Source: Promethearchaeota archaeon
GTDB taxonomy: Archaea > Asgardarchaeota > Lokiarchaeia > Sigyniarchaeales > SOKP01
Assembly: GCA_019058445.1 (NCBI GenBank)
Contig: JAHPZA010000004.1
Coordinates: 64,001 to 128,000, forward strand
DNA length: 64,000 bases
Direction of reading: 5' to 3'
Positions 1 to 10,637 of this stretch are shown piece by piece (position 1 is the first letter of the stretch; every line of letters starts with the position of its first letter). Under the pieces are notes generated by a model, which was not told the DNA's origin, ran no database searches, and worked only from the letters and a program-made list of their open reading frames with translations. Position numbers and translations under genes: made by a program.

Positions 1-1956
1 AGAAATAAAGCAAAAATTGAAGATTTTGACTTTTTCGTTTCTAATGCGATCCTAAATTTTAAAAGTGACCTTATTGACTTAAAGAAAAGTTTAGATCTTT
101 CAAAAGATAAAAAGCTTAAAGACGTTATAAGGGGATTTGATCACCTTAGAAACAGTTTTGATGAAGCGCATAAAAAATATTTAAAAAAATTAAATATATG
201 TAAAGAGATTATAAGCAATTTTGATAAGTCAAACGTCACCATTGTTCATTGGAATAACTTTTATGATTATTTTACGCAAGAACTAAATATTCAACAAGAT
301 GAATGTGTTAATAGTATCATTACCGATAGAATTTCCTTCTTGATTAACGAGCATAGAACTAATAATGTTAATATCATGGATTTGAAAAAGGAATTAGACT
401 TAAAATGTAAAGTTCTGATGAACCGCATTAAAGACTTAATTGAAATTTCTAAAATTAACGGTAAATTATACGAGGATGAGAAATGCTTATTAGTTTATAC
501 TGATGATTATTATAAGAATAAGGAATTAAAAAATTACATTGATAGTAAACTTTTAAAACAACATAAATCTATAATAGGGAAAATTTTAGCTCTTTATGAT
601 AGTTCTATTAGGAATAGAACAATAAGCATAAATATGTTAGAATTACAGAACCGGATTAATGATTTGAATAATATGGATGAGGTAATCCGTTCAGAGTTTA
701 ATAAAAAAATAAATGAGCTTCAAATTCAAAGTGAAAGTCGCATAGAGTATAAAGAGACTCAAAAATACTTTGAGTCTGTAATAGCAAATAGTAATTTAGC
801 TGCCGAGACAATTTCTAGCAATTTACAACTATTCAATAATATGCAGAATTTTGTTGATCAAATATACAATGATCTTCGAAATGACTTGTTGACGTATTAC
901 AAAATAATCATGGATGAGTTTAAAAAACCGCAGGAAAAATCGTATGCAAAAATCAAAGAAAACTTTGATAATAAATGGAAAAAATTGGAAGCTAAATTAA
1001 CGCTCGTTCAAGAGAAAATTGACGAGGAATTGGATACAAAATTCGACCACGTTAAAGATTCAAATAAATTAATACCCGAAATAAGAGAATTTTCAGTAAG
1101 GAAGAAAAATATATTCTTAAAAGATTTACAAAATAAAAATGATAAAATTTATGATGAATTGATTATTTTGAAGGATGAAGTCTTTCGGGAAAATTTAATA
1201 GGCAATATTAATAACCAAAAAATTCAAATGAGTCGCTTGCTTGGAACACTTCAAGCACGAGTGGAAGAAGATATAGAAATTAAAGAATTTAAAAGAGCGA
1301 ATTTTAAAATCCAAAAAAGAGCTAAAGAAATTGAAAGAAAAATTAAGACCGTAAAGAAAAAGGTCAATAACATCGTCAAGGATTATAATAGGCAATCATT
1401 CAATTTTGAGACAAAAAATAAATACATCTTAGACGATTTCAATAAATTCTTGGATGGATTTCATGAAATTTTAAATGAAAAAGTAAAATCACTTGAGCAA
1501 TCGATATTAAAAGAATATTGTCTAATGTTAATAAAAGCAGTTTCAAACCAATATCTTACAATTGGGTTTTTAAATAATGAATTAAAGATGAAACGATCAA
1601 ATATTCAAGACAATCTAATAAATCTAATAAGTTCCGGGGATTTAAAGGGAAAATATGATCCCCGCTTAGGGATCTATTATGAGAATCCAAAGATCTTAGA
1701 AAATCTAAACGAGGATGAATTAGAAGTTATAAAAAGTATGAATTTTAGATTTTATGTAGTATATCGACGATTAAAAAGTTTTTCAAGCTTATATGGTTCA
1801 ATAATAGGATTATTTGCGTCGATACTGGCAATAACATATTGGGTATATATTTTTAGTGGAAACAATCCCGCTGTTGCAGCTATACCTATTTCCATTTTAT
1901 TATTGATAATTGTCTATTTCATGTTTAAACGGGGTAAAGAAGAGACCATTAAATAA
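1..1956 (+). CDS. Large coiled-coil protein with C-terminal PCI-like winged helix and two terminal TM helices (5' truncated by window edge)
   Basis: Frame 1 is open from base 1, upstream of the called TTG at 340. Long heptad-like helical region, then LTIGFLNNELKMKRSNIQDNLINLISSGDLKGKYD (resembles a PCI winged helix), then two hydrophobic helices. Confidence 0.6.
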   Translation, partial: RNKAKIEDFDFFVSNAILNFKSDLIDLKKSLDLSKDKKLKDVIRGFDHLRNSFDEAHKKYLKKLNICKEIISNFDKSNVTIVHWNNFYDYFTQELNIQQDECVNSIITDRISFLINEHRTNNVNIMDLKKELDLKCKVLMNRIKDLIEISKINGKLYEDEKCLLVYTDDYYKNKELKNYIDSKLLKQHKSIIGKILALYDSSIRNRTISINMLELQNRINDLNNMDEVIRSEFNKKINELQIQSESRIEYKETQKYFESVIANSNLAAETISSNLQLFNNMQNFVDQIYNDLRNDLLTYYKIIMDEFKKPQEKSYAKIKENFDNKWKKLEAKLTLVQEKIDEELDTKFDHVKDSNKLIPEIREFSVRKKNIFLKDLQNKNDKIYDELIILKDEVFRENLIGNINNQKIQMSRLLGTLQARVEEDIEIKEFKRANFKIQKRAKEIERKIKTVKKKVNNIVKDYNRQSFNFETKNKYILDDFNKFLDGFHEILNEKVKSLEQSILKEYCLMLIKAVSNQYLTIGFLNNELKMKRSNIQDNLINLISSGDLKGKYDPRLGIYYENPKILENLNEDELEVIKSMNFRFYVVYRRLKSFSSLYGSIIGLFASILAITYWVYIFSGNNPAVAAIPISILLLIIVYFMFKRGKEETIK

Positions 1957-2026
1957 TAACGCCCATAGTCTATAAAAATAAAGAAAAAAAATAGTTGTTT
2001 TAATGGGAAGTAAATATAAATTCATC

Positions 2027-2986
2027 TTAATATGCGATTAAATCTTCTGGAAATAAAGTTACTGGACGCCATTCAATATTACTCTTCCTTATTATTGATG
2101 GTCGAACAGATTCTATAAAGGTGTACCCTTTCCTACTCCTTACAATATTTATTTTTATATCTAAAGGACCAATAACATTACCTGGAAATAAATTTTGGTA
2201 ATTCATCAGAAAGTTTCGAAGAGCTGCAACTTTAACAGTTGTTTTAATTGGAATCCCGTGATATAGGATTCCAATTTGATTATTAGTACCTGTAATTTTA
2301 CATCCTTCCGATTCGTAGTCCAATTCTACTTGAATATATTTTCGGTCTCGTTCAATAATCTCTAATGTTTTATTACAATAAGGGCATGTTTTTTGATTAA
2401 AATCATCTCTTTGTAAAATCCAATCATAAGTAAATCGGAGTAACATTGCATCACATGATTTACACGCCTTAACTTTCCGGCTGCTTGATAACTTAACTTT
2501 TTTACCAGGAGTCCCTAAAATTAAATCAAGATAATAATGAGTATCATTAATAGGGGTTACTCCGGGCGGGGGTCCACTTGAATGCCCATATCGATGATAA
2601 CTATAATAATTTGATTGGGATTGAGGTTGATATTGAATGGCCTTTTCTTGAGCGAATATTTTTACTGATGAAAAATAGCCAATACCACCGGTCTGAATTA
2701 AATTCATAGTATCCACTAAACCTTCTTTGTAAAGAACAACTTCATTCAAATCTCTGGCTTTCGTTCGATTTTTGGAGTAGGTATGCTCTACTTTAAGGAG
2801 AGGAACGGGTTCCCCTTCACTAGTACAAATTATAGCCTTATAGTAAGCACTCTCCATACTTCGCTCTGAACCAAAAATCTTTAAATATACTTCTGATATA
2901 ATATTTTTATCATTCAGAGGGGATTTATTATCAATAATATGGGAAAGTGGGATGACTTTTTCGTCTATTCCTTTTTTTTTTGCCAT
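2027..2986 (-). CDS. Hypothetical Zn-ribbon protein with C-terminal IEWRP...PED tag
   Basis: CKSC...CPYC pairs; ends IEWRPVTLFPEDLIAY. Likely start is ATG 2986 (MAKKKG), preceded by GGAG; the ORF track extends it to 3100. Confidence 0.75.
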   Translation of the reverse strand: MAKKKGIDEKVIPLSHIIDNKSPLNDKNIISEVYLKIFGSERSMESAYYKAIICTSEGEPVPLLKVEHTYSKNRTKARDLNEVVLYKEGLVDTMNLIQTGGIGYFSSVKIFAQEKAIQYQPQSQSNYYSYHRYGHSSGPPPGVTPINDTHYYLDLILGTPGKKVKLSSSRKVKACKSCDAMLLRFTYDWILQRDDFNQKTCPYCNKTLEIIERDRKYIQVELDYESEGCKITGTNNQIGILYHGIPIKTTVKVAALRNFLMNYQNLFPGNVIGPLDIKINIVRSRKGYTFIESVRPSIIRKSNIEWRPVTLFPEDLIAY

Positions 2987-3274
2987 CTTTTTTATTGCTC
3001 CATATGTTTTGACATTGTTTTTAATTTTAAATCTAACAGATTTAGCTGCTAGGAAGTTCCTATTTTGGAATTGAAAATAAGTATATGAAGTCAATTTCAA
3101 AATTTTTGTCTGATAGCAATATTAGGCTTAACTTTAAAAATCCCTACAAATTCCCTTATTAAAATTTTCTTCTTAAAAAAAACTCTGGATTTATAAATAA
3201 AAAATTGGACATCTTATACAGTAAAAAATTTTTAGGAAAATTTCGATTACTTTAACCTTTTCAAGGTTTTTTAT

Positions 3275-3793
3275 ATGACAAAAATTCAATTTGATGAAAG
3301 ACTAAGTCAATTTCAAAGAGATTTAATGAATGCAATCCAGCATTCAAATTTAGCCCCAAAGATCCATAAAGCTATCAATATGCTTCGCCGTGAAAAGAAT
3401 CTCCTATATATTGAGAAAACAGAAGGAAATCTAAAAGCAGTAGTAAAATCTCAGACAAATCCGAAAAAATTAGAGTATGCCTGCTCAATAAAGGCAGATG
3501 GAACCTTTTTCTGCGGAACTCAGAATCTCCGTCCATGCGGAGGGTTAAGAGGATCAATATGTAAACATATCATATTGACTTTAATAGCAACAGTGAAACA
3601 AGGATATATGCCAAATTACGAGCTTATTGATTGGGTGAAAAAAACCATAAATAATCGTCCCAAATTAAACAAACCAGAAGCAACCTCAATTTTTTTGCAT
3701 TATAAAGATACAATTAATGGAAATTTGAATGCTGTAAATCAAATCGAATGGCGACCAGTAGAGATTCTGCCAGAAGATTTTATGGCTCTATAG
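3275..3793 (+). CDS. SWIM-type zinc-finger protein with C-terminal IEWRP...PED tag
   Basis: VKSQ..Y.C.I....FFC......PC......CKH resembles a variant SWIM finger; ends IEWRPVEILPEDFMAL; first gene of the MoxR/VWA operon. Confidence 0.75.
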   Translation: MTKIQFDERLSQFQRDLMNAIQHSNLAPKIHKAINMLRREKNLLYIEKTEGNLKAVVKSQTNPKKLEYACSIKADGTFFCGTQNLRPCGGLRGSICKHIILTLIATVKQGYMPNYELIDWVKKTINNRPKLNKPEATSIFLHYKDTINGNLNAVNQIEWRPVEILPEDFMAL

Positions 3794-3799
3794 AGGGGA

Positions 3800-4153
3800 T
3801 TGAAAATAGCCACAGAGAAAAGTGATAATAAAATCTTCAATTTATTTGATATTGTTAAAAGTAGGATAAACGAGATATTATTGAAAGGGATTGGCAATAT
3901 TAGTAAGGAAAATTATTCAGAAATAATAGATCTTAGAGATAAAGTGTATAAAATGAATTTAAATCTCATGGGGGATCTATTGGAGCGTTTTGTATCACTT
4001 TTAGGGCAATTAAGTCAAGAAAAGCAGAATCATGAACTTAAAGTTGACGCCTCGATTACTGCCATAAAAATAATATCGACTGCGAGAATGTTTGAAACCG
4101 TTATGAATGTTGAGATTATTAAAACAAATTTACATTCTGGAGGTGATTCTTGA
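3800..4153 (+). CDS. Small helical-bundle protein (YehQ-like helical module)
   Basis: TTG start after GAGGGG; INEILLKGIGNISKEN resembles the N-terminus of the next gene; operonic spacing. Confidence 0.6.
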   Translation: MKIATEKSDNKIFNLFDIVKSRINEILLKGIGNISKENYSEIIDLRDKVYKMNLNLMGDLLERFVSLLGQLSQEKQNHELKVDASITAIKIISTARMFETVMNVEIIKTNLHSGGDS

Positions 4154-4154
4154 G

Positions 4155-5291
4155 ATGACTTCTGTTATATTGAAGAATACGGTAAACCAGATAAAAATTT
4201 TTATAGAAACTATGGTCTACAACGGATTAGACCTCGCAACAAAAGAAAATATTAGACAAATAGAGTTTTTTTTACAAAATTCGTCTCAAGTTGAAACATA
4301 TCGTTTGGCTATATCATTACGCTATTTACATGTTGAAATAAAAAGATTTCTCGAACAAAATCAAGCCTTTAGCATGGAGAGGTATGTGTTTTTTTTGTGT
4401 AATTGTTGGTTATTAAGTAGAGCATTTTTATCTCAAGAACTTGATAATAAAGGTGAAAATAAAGAATTAATGCAAATATTATCAGGAAAGCCTTCCCAGA
4501 AAAAGATACTAAAACCACTTAAGCTAAGAATAGTAGGTCTTGAAAAAGTCTTTTTGGAGGGATCATTATTCGGGATAATTTTATATCTCGTATCTCTTAA
4601 AGCTAAAACAAGATCTTCAATTTTCAAGTGGAGCATAATGCAAACCCCAAAGGGAAAGATCGATCCAGAATCTTTGTTAAGAATGGCGATTTCTGAGAAT
4701 AAAATCAAAATCTTAGACCTACTTTATAAAGAATTTTACGCATTGAATTTAGCTTATTCAGAAGAGGAAATGCTAATCCATGAAATTAAAAAAATACCCC
4801 CTTGCTTTAGTTCTAATGAAAAAGATCCTTTTCCTATTAAAAGGTTAGAAAAATATCATTACAATGTTGAGAATCTATTTAGTCTGATTATGAAAATTCA
4901 ATTGACTCCTTTTGATTTACCAACGAGATTTTTAAGTTATTTATTAATTAAAAATGTAGAGATCGTGGACTTTTTTAAAGAGGTTGATGACGGAAGAAAT
5001 AATAGAATTCCTGTTTATGTCTTTAAAATTTCTCATGATAGCAATTATCCTTTATTTATTAGAATTCAAGAAAAATCCTGTAATCAAGTACTTATTTCCA
5101 ATCTTCAAAATTTTAAAGATAAAAAAGAAAAAATTAAAAATTTGTTTGGGAAATTGTTGATAGAACGAGGACAATTATCAATTTTCCCGTTAAGTGTTTA
5201 TAATGATTCTGAGGTTTTTATTTGCCTTTCTGAAAAATTTCCTAAACCAAGGCAAGAATATAAAGTATTATATAAGAAAGATAAGTCTTAA
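4155..5291 (+). CDS. Hypothetical protein of the MoxR/VWA operon (helical N-terminus, beta-rich C-terminus; YehQ-like)
   Basis: ATG 4155 follows GGAGGTGA (4139-4146); IETMVYNGLDLATKEN helical motif; lies directly upstream of the AAA gene. Confidence 0.6.
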   Translation: MTSVILKNTVNQIKIFIETMVYNGLDLATKENIRQIEFFLQNSSQVETYRLAISLRYLHVEIKRFLEQNQAFSMERYVFFLCNCWLLSRAFLSQELDNKGENKELMQILSGKPSQKKILKPLKLRIVGLEKVFLEGSLFGIILYLVSLKAKTRSSIFKWSIMQTPKGKIDPESLLRMAISENKIKILDLLYKEFYALNLAYSEEEMLIHEIKKIPPCFSSNEKDPFPIKRLEKYHYNVENLFSLIMKIQLTPFDLPTRFLSYLLIKNVEIVDFFKEVDDGRNNRIPVYVFKISHDSNYPLFIRIQEKSCNQVLISNLQNFKDKKEKIKNLFGKLLIERGQLSIFPLSVYNDSEVFICLSEKFPKPRQEYKVLYKKDKS

Positions 5292-5342
5292 TTTTAAACT
5301 TTTAAAAAACAATTTTAAAAAATTAAAGAAATTGAGTGAACT

Positions 5343-6692
5343 ATGGCAAAAAAGAAAGCTCCAGCTAAAAAAATTCCTGTAAAAAAACCACCTCCTAAAA
5401 AGGTGCTACAAAAAAAACCACCAGTTAAATCTGCTCCCGCTAAAAAGGCTGTTCCTAAAAAAGTTCCTCCTAAAAAAAGTCCTGATAAAAAGACTCCTTT
5501 ACAAAAAAATGCTATTAAACCTGAATTAAAATCACCCGAAATATCACTTGGTAAGGATTATGACCCCACAAAGAAGATTAAGAAAAAGATTAGACCTTCT
5601 GTGGAAGTTTTGCATCGTATAGAGTTAATGGCATTAATTCAAAATGATAATTATCCTAAACCCCCAAATTGGCAATTATCTCCCAAGATGATTGAATTAT
5701 TCATCACTGGCTCTCGGGAAAAATTTCCCGTTAAAAAAAATGGAACGACCAAAAAAATTAGTATTTCCACTAAATTTTATGGTGATAAGAACATCGTTCA
5801 AAAAGCAATCGTAACTTTAGCTAGTGAAAGAGCATTAATGCTAATTGGTGAGCCAGGTACTGCTAAATCCTGGCTTTCAGAACACTTAGCCGCTGCTTCA
5901 TGCGGAAGATCTACCTATTTAATCCAAGGTACTGCTGGAACTACTGAAGATCAGATTAGATATTCATGGAATTATGCACTTTTGGTTTCTGAAGGCCCGA
6001 GCTTGAAATCTCTTGTACCTTCACCTACAATAAACGCCATGAGATCTGGAAGAATCTTAAGATTTGAAGAATTAACTCGTTGTCCCCAAGAAATCCAAGA
6101 TAGTATGATTTCAATCCTTTCTGAAAAAGTAATTCCTATACCAGAACTTGGCTCTAAATATTTAATCTATGGGATTCCAGGGTTCAATGTGATTGCCACA
6201 GCAAATGATAGGGATCGTGGTGTGAATGAAATGAGTGCCGCTTTAAAACGTCGGTTTAATTTCATATATATTCCAGTAATCAAGGACAAAGCTTTAGAAA
6301 AAGAGATAGTAGTCAATTGTACCAATGATTTGCTTTCAAGAATTGGTTTTAAAGTACAAATTCCCGAAGATACTTTGGATTTATTAATTACTGTTTTTCA
6401 AGAATTGCGTACGGGTCAGAGTACAACAGGGGGAAGATTTCAACAAATTTCAGGTGTAATGTCGACTTCTGAGGAGATATCACTATTATTTGATAGTGCA
6501 ATTTATGCAAAATTTTTTGGAACCGAAAACATCGAGCCTAAGCATATTGCAATGCAAGTTAAAGATTCTATTGTTAAAGACGATAAAGAAAATCTCTCTA
6601 AACTAAGGGAATATTTTGAATTAGTTGTAAGAAGTAGGGCTTCAAATTCTAAGACATGGAATCAATTTTATACGGCATACAAACTCTTATAA
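5343..6692 (+). CDS. MoxR-family AAA+ ATPase (YehL-like, AAA_5) with Lys/Pro/Ala-rich N-terminal tail
   Basis: Walker A GEPGTAKS, Walker B LRFEELTR, sensor ATANDRDRGVNEMSAALKRRF, YSWNYALL signature. Confidence 0.9.
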   Translation: MAKKKAPAKKIPVKKPPPKKVLQKKPPVKSAPAKKAVPKKVPPKKSPDKKTPLQKNAIKPELKSPEISLGKDYDPTKKIKKKIRPSVEVLHRIELMALIQNDNYPKPPNWQLSPKMIELFITGSREKFPVKKNGTTKKISISTKFYGDKNIVQKAIVTLASERALMLIGEPGTAKSWLSEHLAAASCGRSTYLIQGTAGTTEDQIRYSWNYALLVSEGPSLKSLVPSPTINAMRSGRILRFEELTRCPQEIQDSMISILSEKVIPIPELGSKYLIYGIPGFNVIATANDRDRGVNEMSAALKRRFNFIYIPVIKDKALEKEIVVNCTNDLLSRIGFKVQIPEDTLDLLITVFQELRTGQSTTGGRFQQISGVMSTSEEISLLFDSAIYAKFFGTENIEPKHIAMQVKDSIVKDDKENLSKLREYFELVVRSRASNSKTWNQFYTAYKLL

Positions 6693-6714
6693 TATAATAT
6701 AAGGTGTATTTCCT

Positions 6715-9189
6715 ATATCTAATGATTTCTCCATAAACGTTGGAAACTTGAAAAAGATTCTACATGTTGTATTGGATAAGATTGGTTTAGATTCACAAAA
6801 AGTTGAAAATCAAGTTGCTAAAGTAATGGGAGAAGAAATTAAATATATTCCCATACGGCACAATTCCCCTGGTTCAGCCATATTGGTAAAAAGATGTTTA
6901 GAAGAGTATAAGCCTAAATTAGTGTTAATTGAAGGCCCATATCTGGCCGATGATTTAATTAAATATATAATTGCCCATGACACAATCCCTCCTTTTGCTT
7001 TATTATCTGTGTTTTCAGATGAACAAAATCATTTCAAATTAAATGGAATTATTAGTCCAGATGTTTCAGTACCAGCAAAATTTCAGTTTTACTATCCATT
7101 TATCTCTTATTCTCCTGAATTAGTTGCCTTGAAGTTTTGTTACAGCAAAAATATCATTACACATTTTATTGATTTACCAATCACAGGAATCATTCCTTTT
7201 TTAATAAGAGAAGAGGACAGGTTTCTTCATACTTTAAAGCAGGAAGAAGAACAACTTAAATCTAGCCTATTCTATAAAGAATTGTCACAAATTTTTCAAT
7301 TTGACAGTTTTAACGAAACTTGGGACACATTATTTGAGATTGGTGCTAATAGAGTAGAAATTGACGAGATCCTGGAAAGCTATCTAATTTTTTGTGCTTG
7401 TGTCCGACAATCAATACCAAATATGGCATCAGAACTTAATGGTTCTATTGAAAGAGAAAAATTCATGAAATACAATATAGAACACTATAGAAAAAAGCAT
7501 GGAGTAGATAAAAAGGATGTTATGATAATTACAGGAGGAATTCATTCAGTAGTGTTAGCAGATACAGTACCGCAAAAAATTTCATTTCTAGAAAAAGGTT
7601 TGTTTAATTCTTTAGTTCCTTATTCTTATTATAGAATGAGTGAAGCGTATGGTTATGGTTCTGGTAATCAAGGGCCTCAATTTTATGAGTATATATGGGA
7701 AAATTTCGTTAATGATATTAAATACTCTTTTGAAGCTGCTGCACTGGAGTTAATAACAGATATTTATAGTGATGCAAGAGGAAAAAAATATGATATCTCA
7801 GTTGTTGATTCAATAAATACTTTCCAAAGTGCCAAAATGTTAGCTATGATACGCAGGAGATCCGAGCCATGCCTAAATGATATCGTAGATGCCATTTTTA
7901 TGAGCTTAGTTAAAGGCAATCCCGAAATAGAAGGGGCTTATTTGAAAGAGTTCATTAGAAAAAGAGTTGTAGGATTTAAGTTAGGAAAAATTACAAAATC
8001 AATTAAACAATTACCATTACAAGCAGATTTTTACTTAAGATTTGAATCCTTTAGCATAAATTTAAAAGAGAAATCAAAACGGCATGAATTAAATCTTAGG
8101 GATGAATTTGATAAACAGAAATCTCACCTCTTTTGGAGGGTTAAATATCTCGATCTAGGCATTTTAGAACGAAGTGAAGGGCCAGATTTATTAAAGGGTG
8201 TGTCAGGGGTATTTAAAGAAGTATGGTTTCTTAGTTGGAATCCAAATGTAGATGGAAAATTAATAGAATTGAGTAATTATGGTTCCACTATAGAAGAAGC
8301 AACTAAAAATATGTTAATAGAGGAATCAAAAAAAAATATTAAAGATTTCCAAAAAATTTCTTTTTTATTATATCAAACTTTAGTCATGGGATTACCTACT
8401 TTATTCCCTCATATTGTAATAGTCTGCATTGATTCTTTAGATAAGGATGATAAATTTTTAACTTTATCACGCGGATTTAACAATCTTATCATGATAAGTA
8501 GATTCCTTCACATGATGAAAAATCAAGGGTATAATCTTAATCTCATTACAAAACTAATTTCAAGATGCTACTTCGCATCTTGCTTTTCTCTTCCAATAAT
8601 GGCAAATCCACCGAAAAATCTTGAGGATGCCTTTATAATTGCTGCAAAGGATATGGCTACAACGTTAATTGGGTTATCTACGTTAAAACTTAACATTAAT
8701 GTGTATGAAGAGGGTTTAAAAACTTGTATAGATAACTCTGATAACGATTTTATAAGGGGTGGATGTATAGGAATTCTCTATTTAATGAATTCTATACAAA
8801 TCAAAGATATAAAATATTTAATTCGTGAATACGTAAAAAGTGAAGATTTAATAAAAGTTAGAGTAGGAGAATTTGTTAGAGGTTTAATTTTTATATGTCA
8901 AACGAAGTTATTATATAACAGTGACATAATAAAATTACTTTCTGAAATTATTGAAGATATTGAAACTAAAGTTTTTTTGAGCATTGTTCCATCGCTCAGG
9001 AAAACATTTTCAGAGCTTAGTTTGAGGGAATATGAAGTTTTTGTAGAAAAAATCGCAGAATTATATGGATTAAAAACTTCTAAATTTAAGGAAATTACGG
9101 AAAAAATTGAAAACAAATACTTAATATTCTTTTTTCAAATTAACGAGAAAGTTTATGAAATTTTCAAAAAGTGGTTTGGTGAGGTTTAA
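6715..9189 (+). CDS. DUF5682 / YehM-like protein
   Basis: IRHNSPGSA, VLIEGP, YPFISYSPE, GGIH, LVPYSY.R....GY.SG motifs; lies between the MoxR and VWA genes. Start is uncertain (ATA 6715 after GGTG, or TTG 6748). Confidence 0.85.
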   Translation: MSNDFSINVGNLKKILHVVLDKIGLDSQKVENQVAKVMGEEIKYIPIRHNSPGSAILVKRCLEEYKPKLVLIEGPYLADDLIKYIIAHDTIPPFALLSVFSDEQNHFKLNGIISPDVSVPAKFQFYYPFISYSPELVALKFCYSKNIITHFIDLPITGIIPFLIREEDRFLHTLKQEEEQLKSSLFYKELSQIFQFDSFNETWDTLFEIGANRVEIDEILESYLIFCACVRQSIPNMASELNGSIEREKFMKYNIEHYRKKHGVDKKDVMIITGGIHSVVLADTVPQKISFLEKGLFNSLVPYSYYRMSEAYGYGSGNQGPQFYEYIWENFVNDIKYSFEAAALELITDIYSDARGKKYDISVVDSINTFQSAKMLAMIRRRSEPCLNDIVDAIFMSLVKGNPEIEGAYLKEFIRKRVVGFKLGKITKSIKQLPLQADFYLRFESFSINLKEKSKRHELNLRDEFDKQKSHLFWRVKYLDLGILERSEGPDLLKGVSGVFKEVWFLSWNPNVDGKLIELSNYGSTIEEATKNMLIEESKKNIKDFQKISFLLYQTLVMGLPTLFPHIVIVCIDSLDKDDKFLTLSRGFNNLIMISRFLHMMKNQGYNLNLITKLISRCYFASCFSLPIMANPPKNLEDAFIIAAKDMATTLIGLSTLKLNINVYEEGLKTCIDNSDNDFIRGGCIGILYLMNSIQIKDIKYLIREYVKSEDLIKVRVGEFVRGLIFICQTKLLYNSDIIKLLSEIIEDIETKVFLSIVPSLRKTFSELSLREYEVFVEKIAELYGLKTSKFKEITEKIENKYLIFFFQINEKVYEIFKKWFGEV

Positions 9190-9193
9190 AGTC

Positions 9194-10636
9194 ATGAATC
9201 TTGACAATAAGCCAAGTAATAGATCATTTCAGAATTCCGAAATTTATAAAAATCTAACAGAACGACAAAAACTGTCATTGACAAGATGGAGATTAATTCT
9301 TGGAAAAAAGGCTGAAGAACAGGGGATTAGTAATATTGCAGGTAACCAATTTTCAGGCAATAATGGCCCCAAGAAGAGTAATAACAAACCAAAAGGGGCG
9401 CCAAAGCAAAATAAAAACGCTACAGGAGGTATGGGGACAAATTCAAATATACCAAGTCCTAAAGGTTCCAATACTCAGGGACAAGCGAGAGGGAAAAGTA
9501 GTTTCAAAAAAATAAGAGTTAAAACTCCTAGCAAGCAGAATCATGGAAGAAGCAGTTCTAAATCAAGTAGTCCTGGGGGAACACAACCTTCTACAGGCCA
9601 CCAAACCATGAAAGCTGAATTTAACGATATTGATAACACATTAGATTTAGTTTATAATACATCTCAAGAAAAGCGTGGAGCTAATTTAGGATCTAGTGGG
9701 CTATCTATTCCAAAATGGATAGAAAATGTTAAAACTTTATTTCCAAATAAAGCTAAAGAAGTCCTTGAAAATGATTTAGTAAAGAAATCAAAAATTGCAG
9801 ATCTAATAAAACATCCAGAACTTTTCGAAAAAGTTGAGCCAAATCTCGAGATGGTTAAAACCATTCTTTCTTTAAAAAATATGCTTTCACCGAGGGTTAA
9901 GGATGCGGCTCGAAGAGTAGTAAAAAAAGTCGTAGATCAGATTAAAAATCATTTAAAATCTGAAGTGGAAAAACATATTGTTGGAGCCATTAAACGCGAT
10001 TCTCATACTCCAATAAAAGTATTTAGAAATATTGATTGGAAACAAAGCATCATGCGTAATTTAAAACATTATGATTCTAAAACTCATAAATTAATAATGG
10101 CCGAACCAAGATTTTTCACTAATGAAAAACGACGTAAGGCATGGCAAATTATTGTATTAGTTGACGAAAGTGGTTCAATGGCAAACTCAGTCATCTATTC
10201 AGTAATCATGGCCTCCATATTTTCAAGTTTACCAGCGGTTCATACAAATTTAGTTATATTTGATACTCAAGTCGTAGATTTATCGAAAAAAATTGATGAT
10301 CCAGTTGATATCCTTATGTCGGTACAACTTGGAGGGGGAACCGATATTACGAAAGCAGTGAGATATGGACAAAGTCTAATTAAAAAACCAAAAAAAGCAA
10401 TAATGGTTATTATTAGTGATTTCTACGAAGGAAGACCGGTACACGATCTAATGAGAGCATTAAAGCAAATTCTAGAAGGAGGGACTAAAATTTTGGGAAT
10501 AGCATCTTTAGCATCAAACGCAAAACCTTTTTATAATAAACCGCTAGCAAAAGAAATTAGTCATTTAGGGATTGATGTAATAGCATCAACACCAGAAAGT
10601 TTTCCTGAAATTTTGGTCCGTTTAATGAATTCTTAA
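9194..10636 (+). CDS. VWA (CoxE/YehP-like) domain protein
   Basis: RWRLILG N-terminal motif, MIDAS DESGS, GGGTDI, ISDFYEG; ATG 9194 follows GAGGT; long G/S/N/K-rich insertion. Confidence 0.9.
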   Translation: MNLDNKPSNRSFQNSEIYKNLTERQKLSLTRWRLILGKKAEEQGISNIAGNQFSGNNGPKKSNNKPKGAPKQNKNATGGMGTNSNIPSPKGSNTQGQARGKSSFKKIRVKTPSKQNHGRSSSKSSSPGGTQPSTGHQTMKAEFNDIDNTLDLVYNTSQEKRGANLGSSGLSIPKWIENVKTLFPNKAKEVLENDLVKKSKIADLIKHPELFEKVEPNLEMVKTILSLKNMLSPRVKDAARRVVKKVVDQIKNHLKSEVEKHIVGAIKRDSHTPIKVFRNIDWKQSIMRNLKHYDSKTHKLIMAEPRFFTNEKRRKAWQIIVLVDESGSMANSVIYSVIMASIFSSLPAVHTNLVIFDTQVVDLSKKIDDPVDILMSVQLGGGTDITKAVRYGQSLIKKPKKAIMVIISDFYEGRPVHDLMRALKQILEGGTKILGIASLASNAKPFYNKPLAKEISHLGIDVIASTPESFPEILVRLMNS

Positions 10637-10637
10637 A

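Noticed and set aside
2030-3790. IEWRP tag as a DNA-level inverted repeat or mobile-element end
   Set aside because: Differences fall at synonymous and variable-residue positions, similarity stops at the stop codons, and a third copy lies 43 kb away, which indicates protein-level selection.
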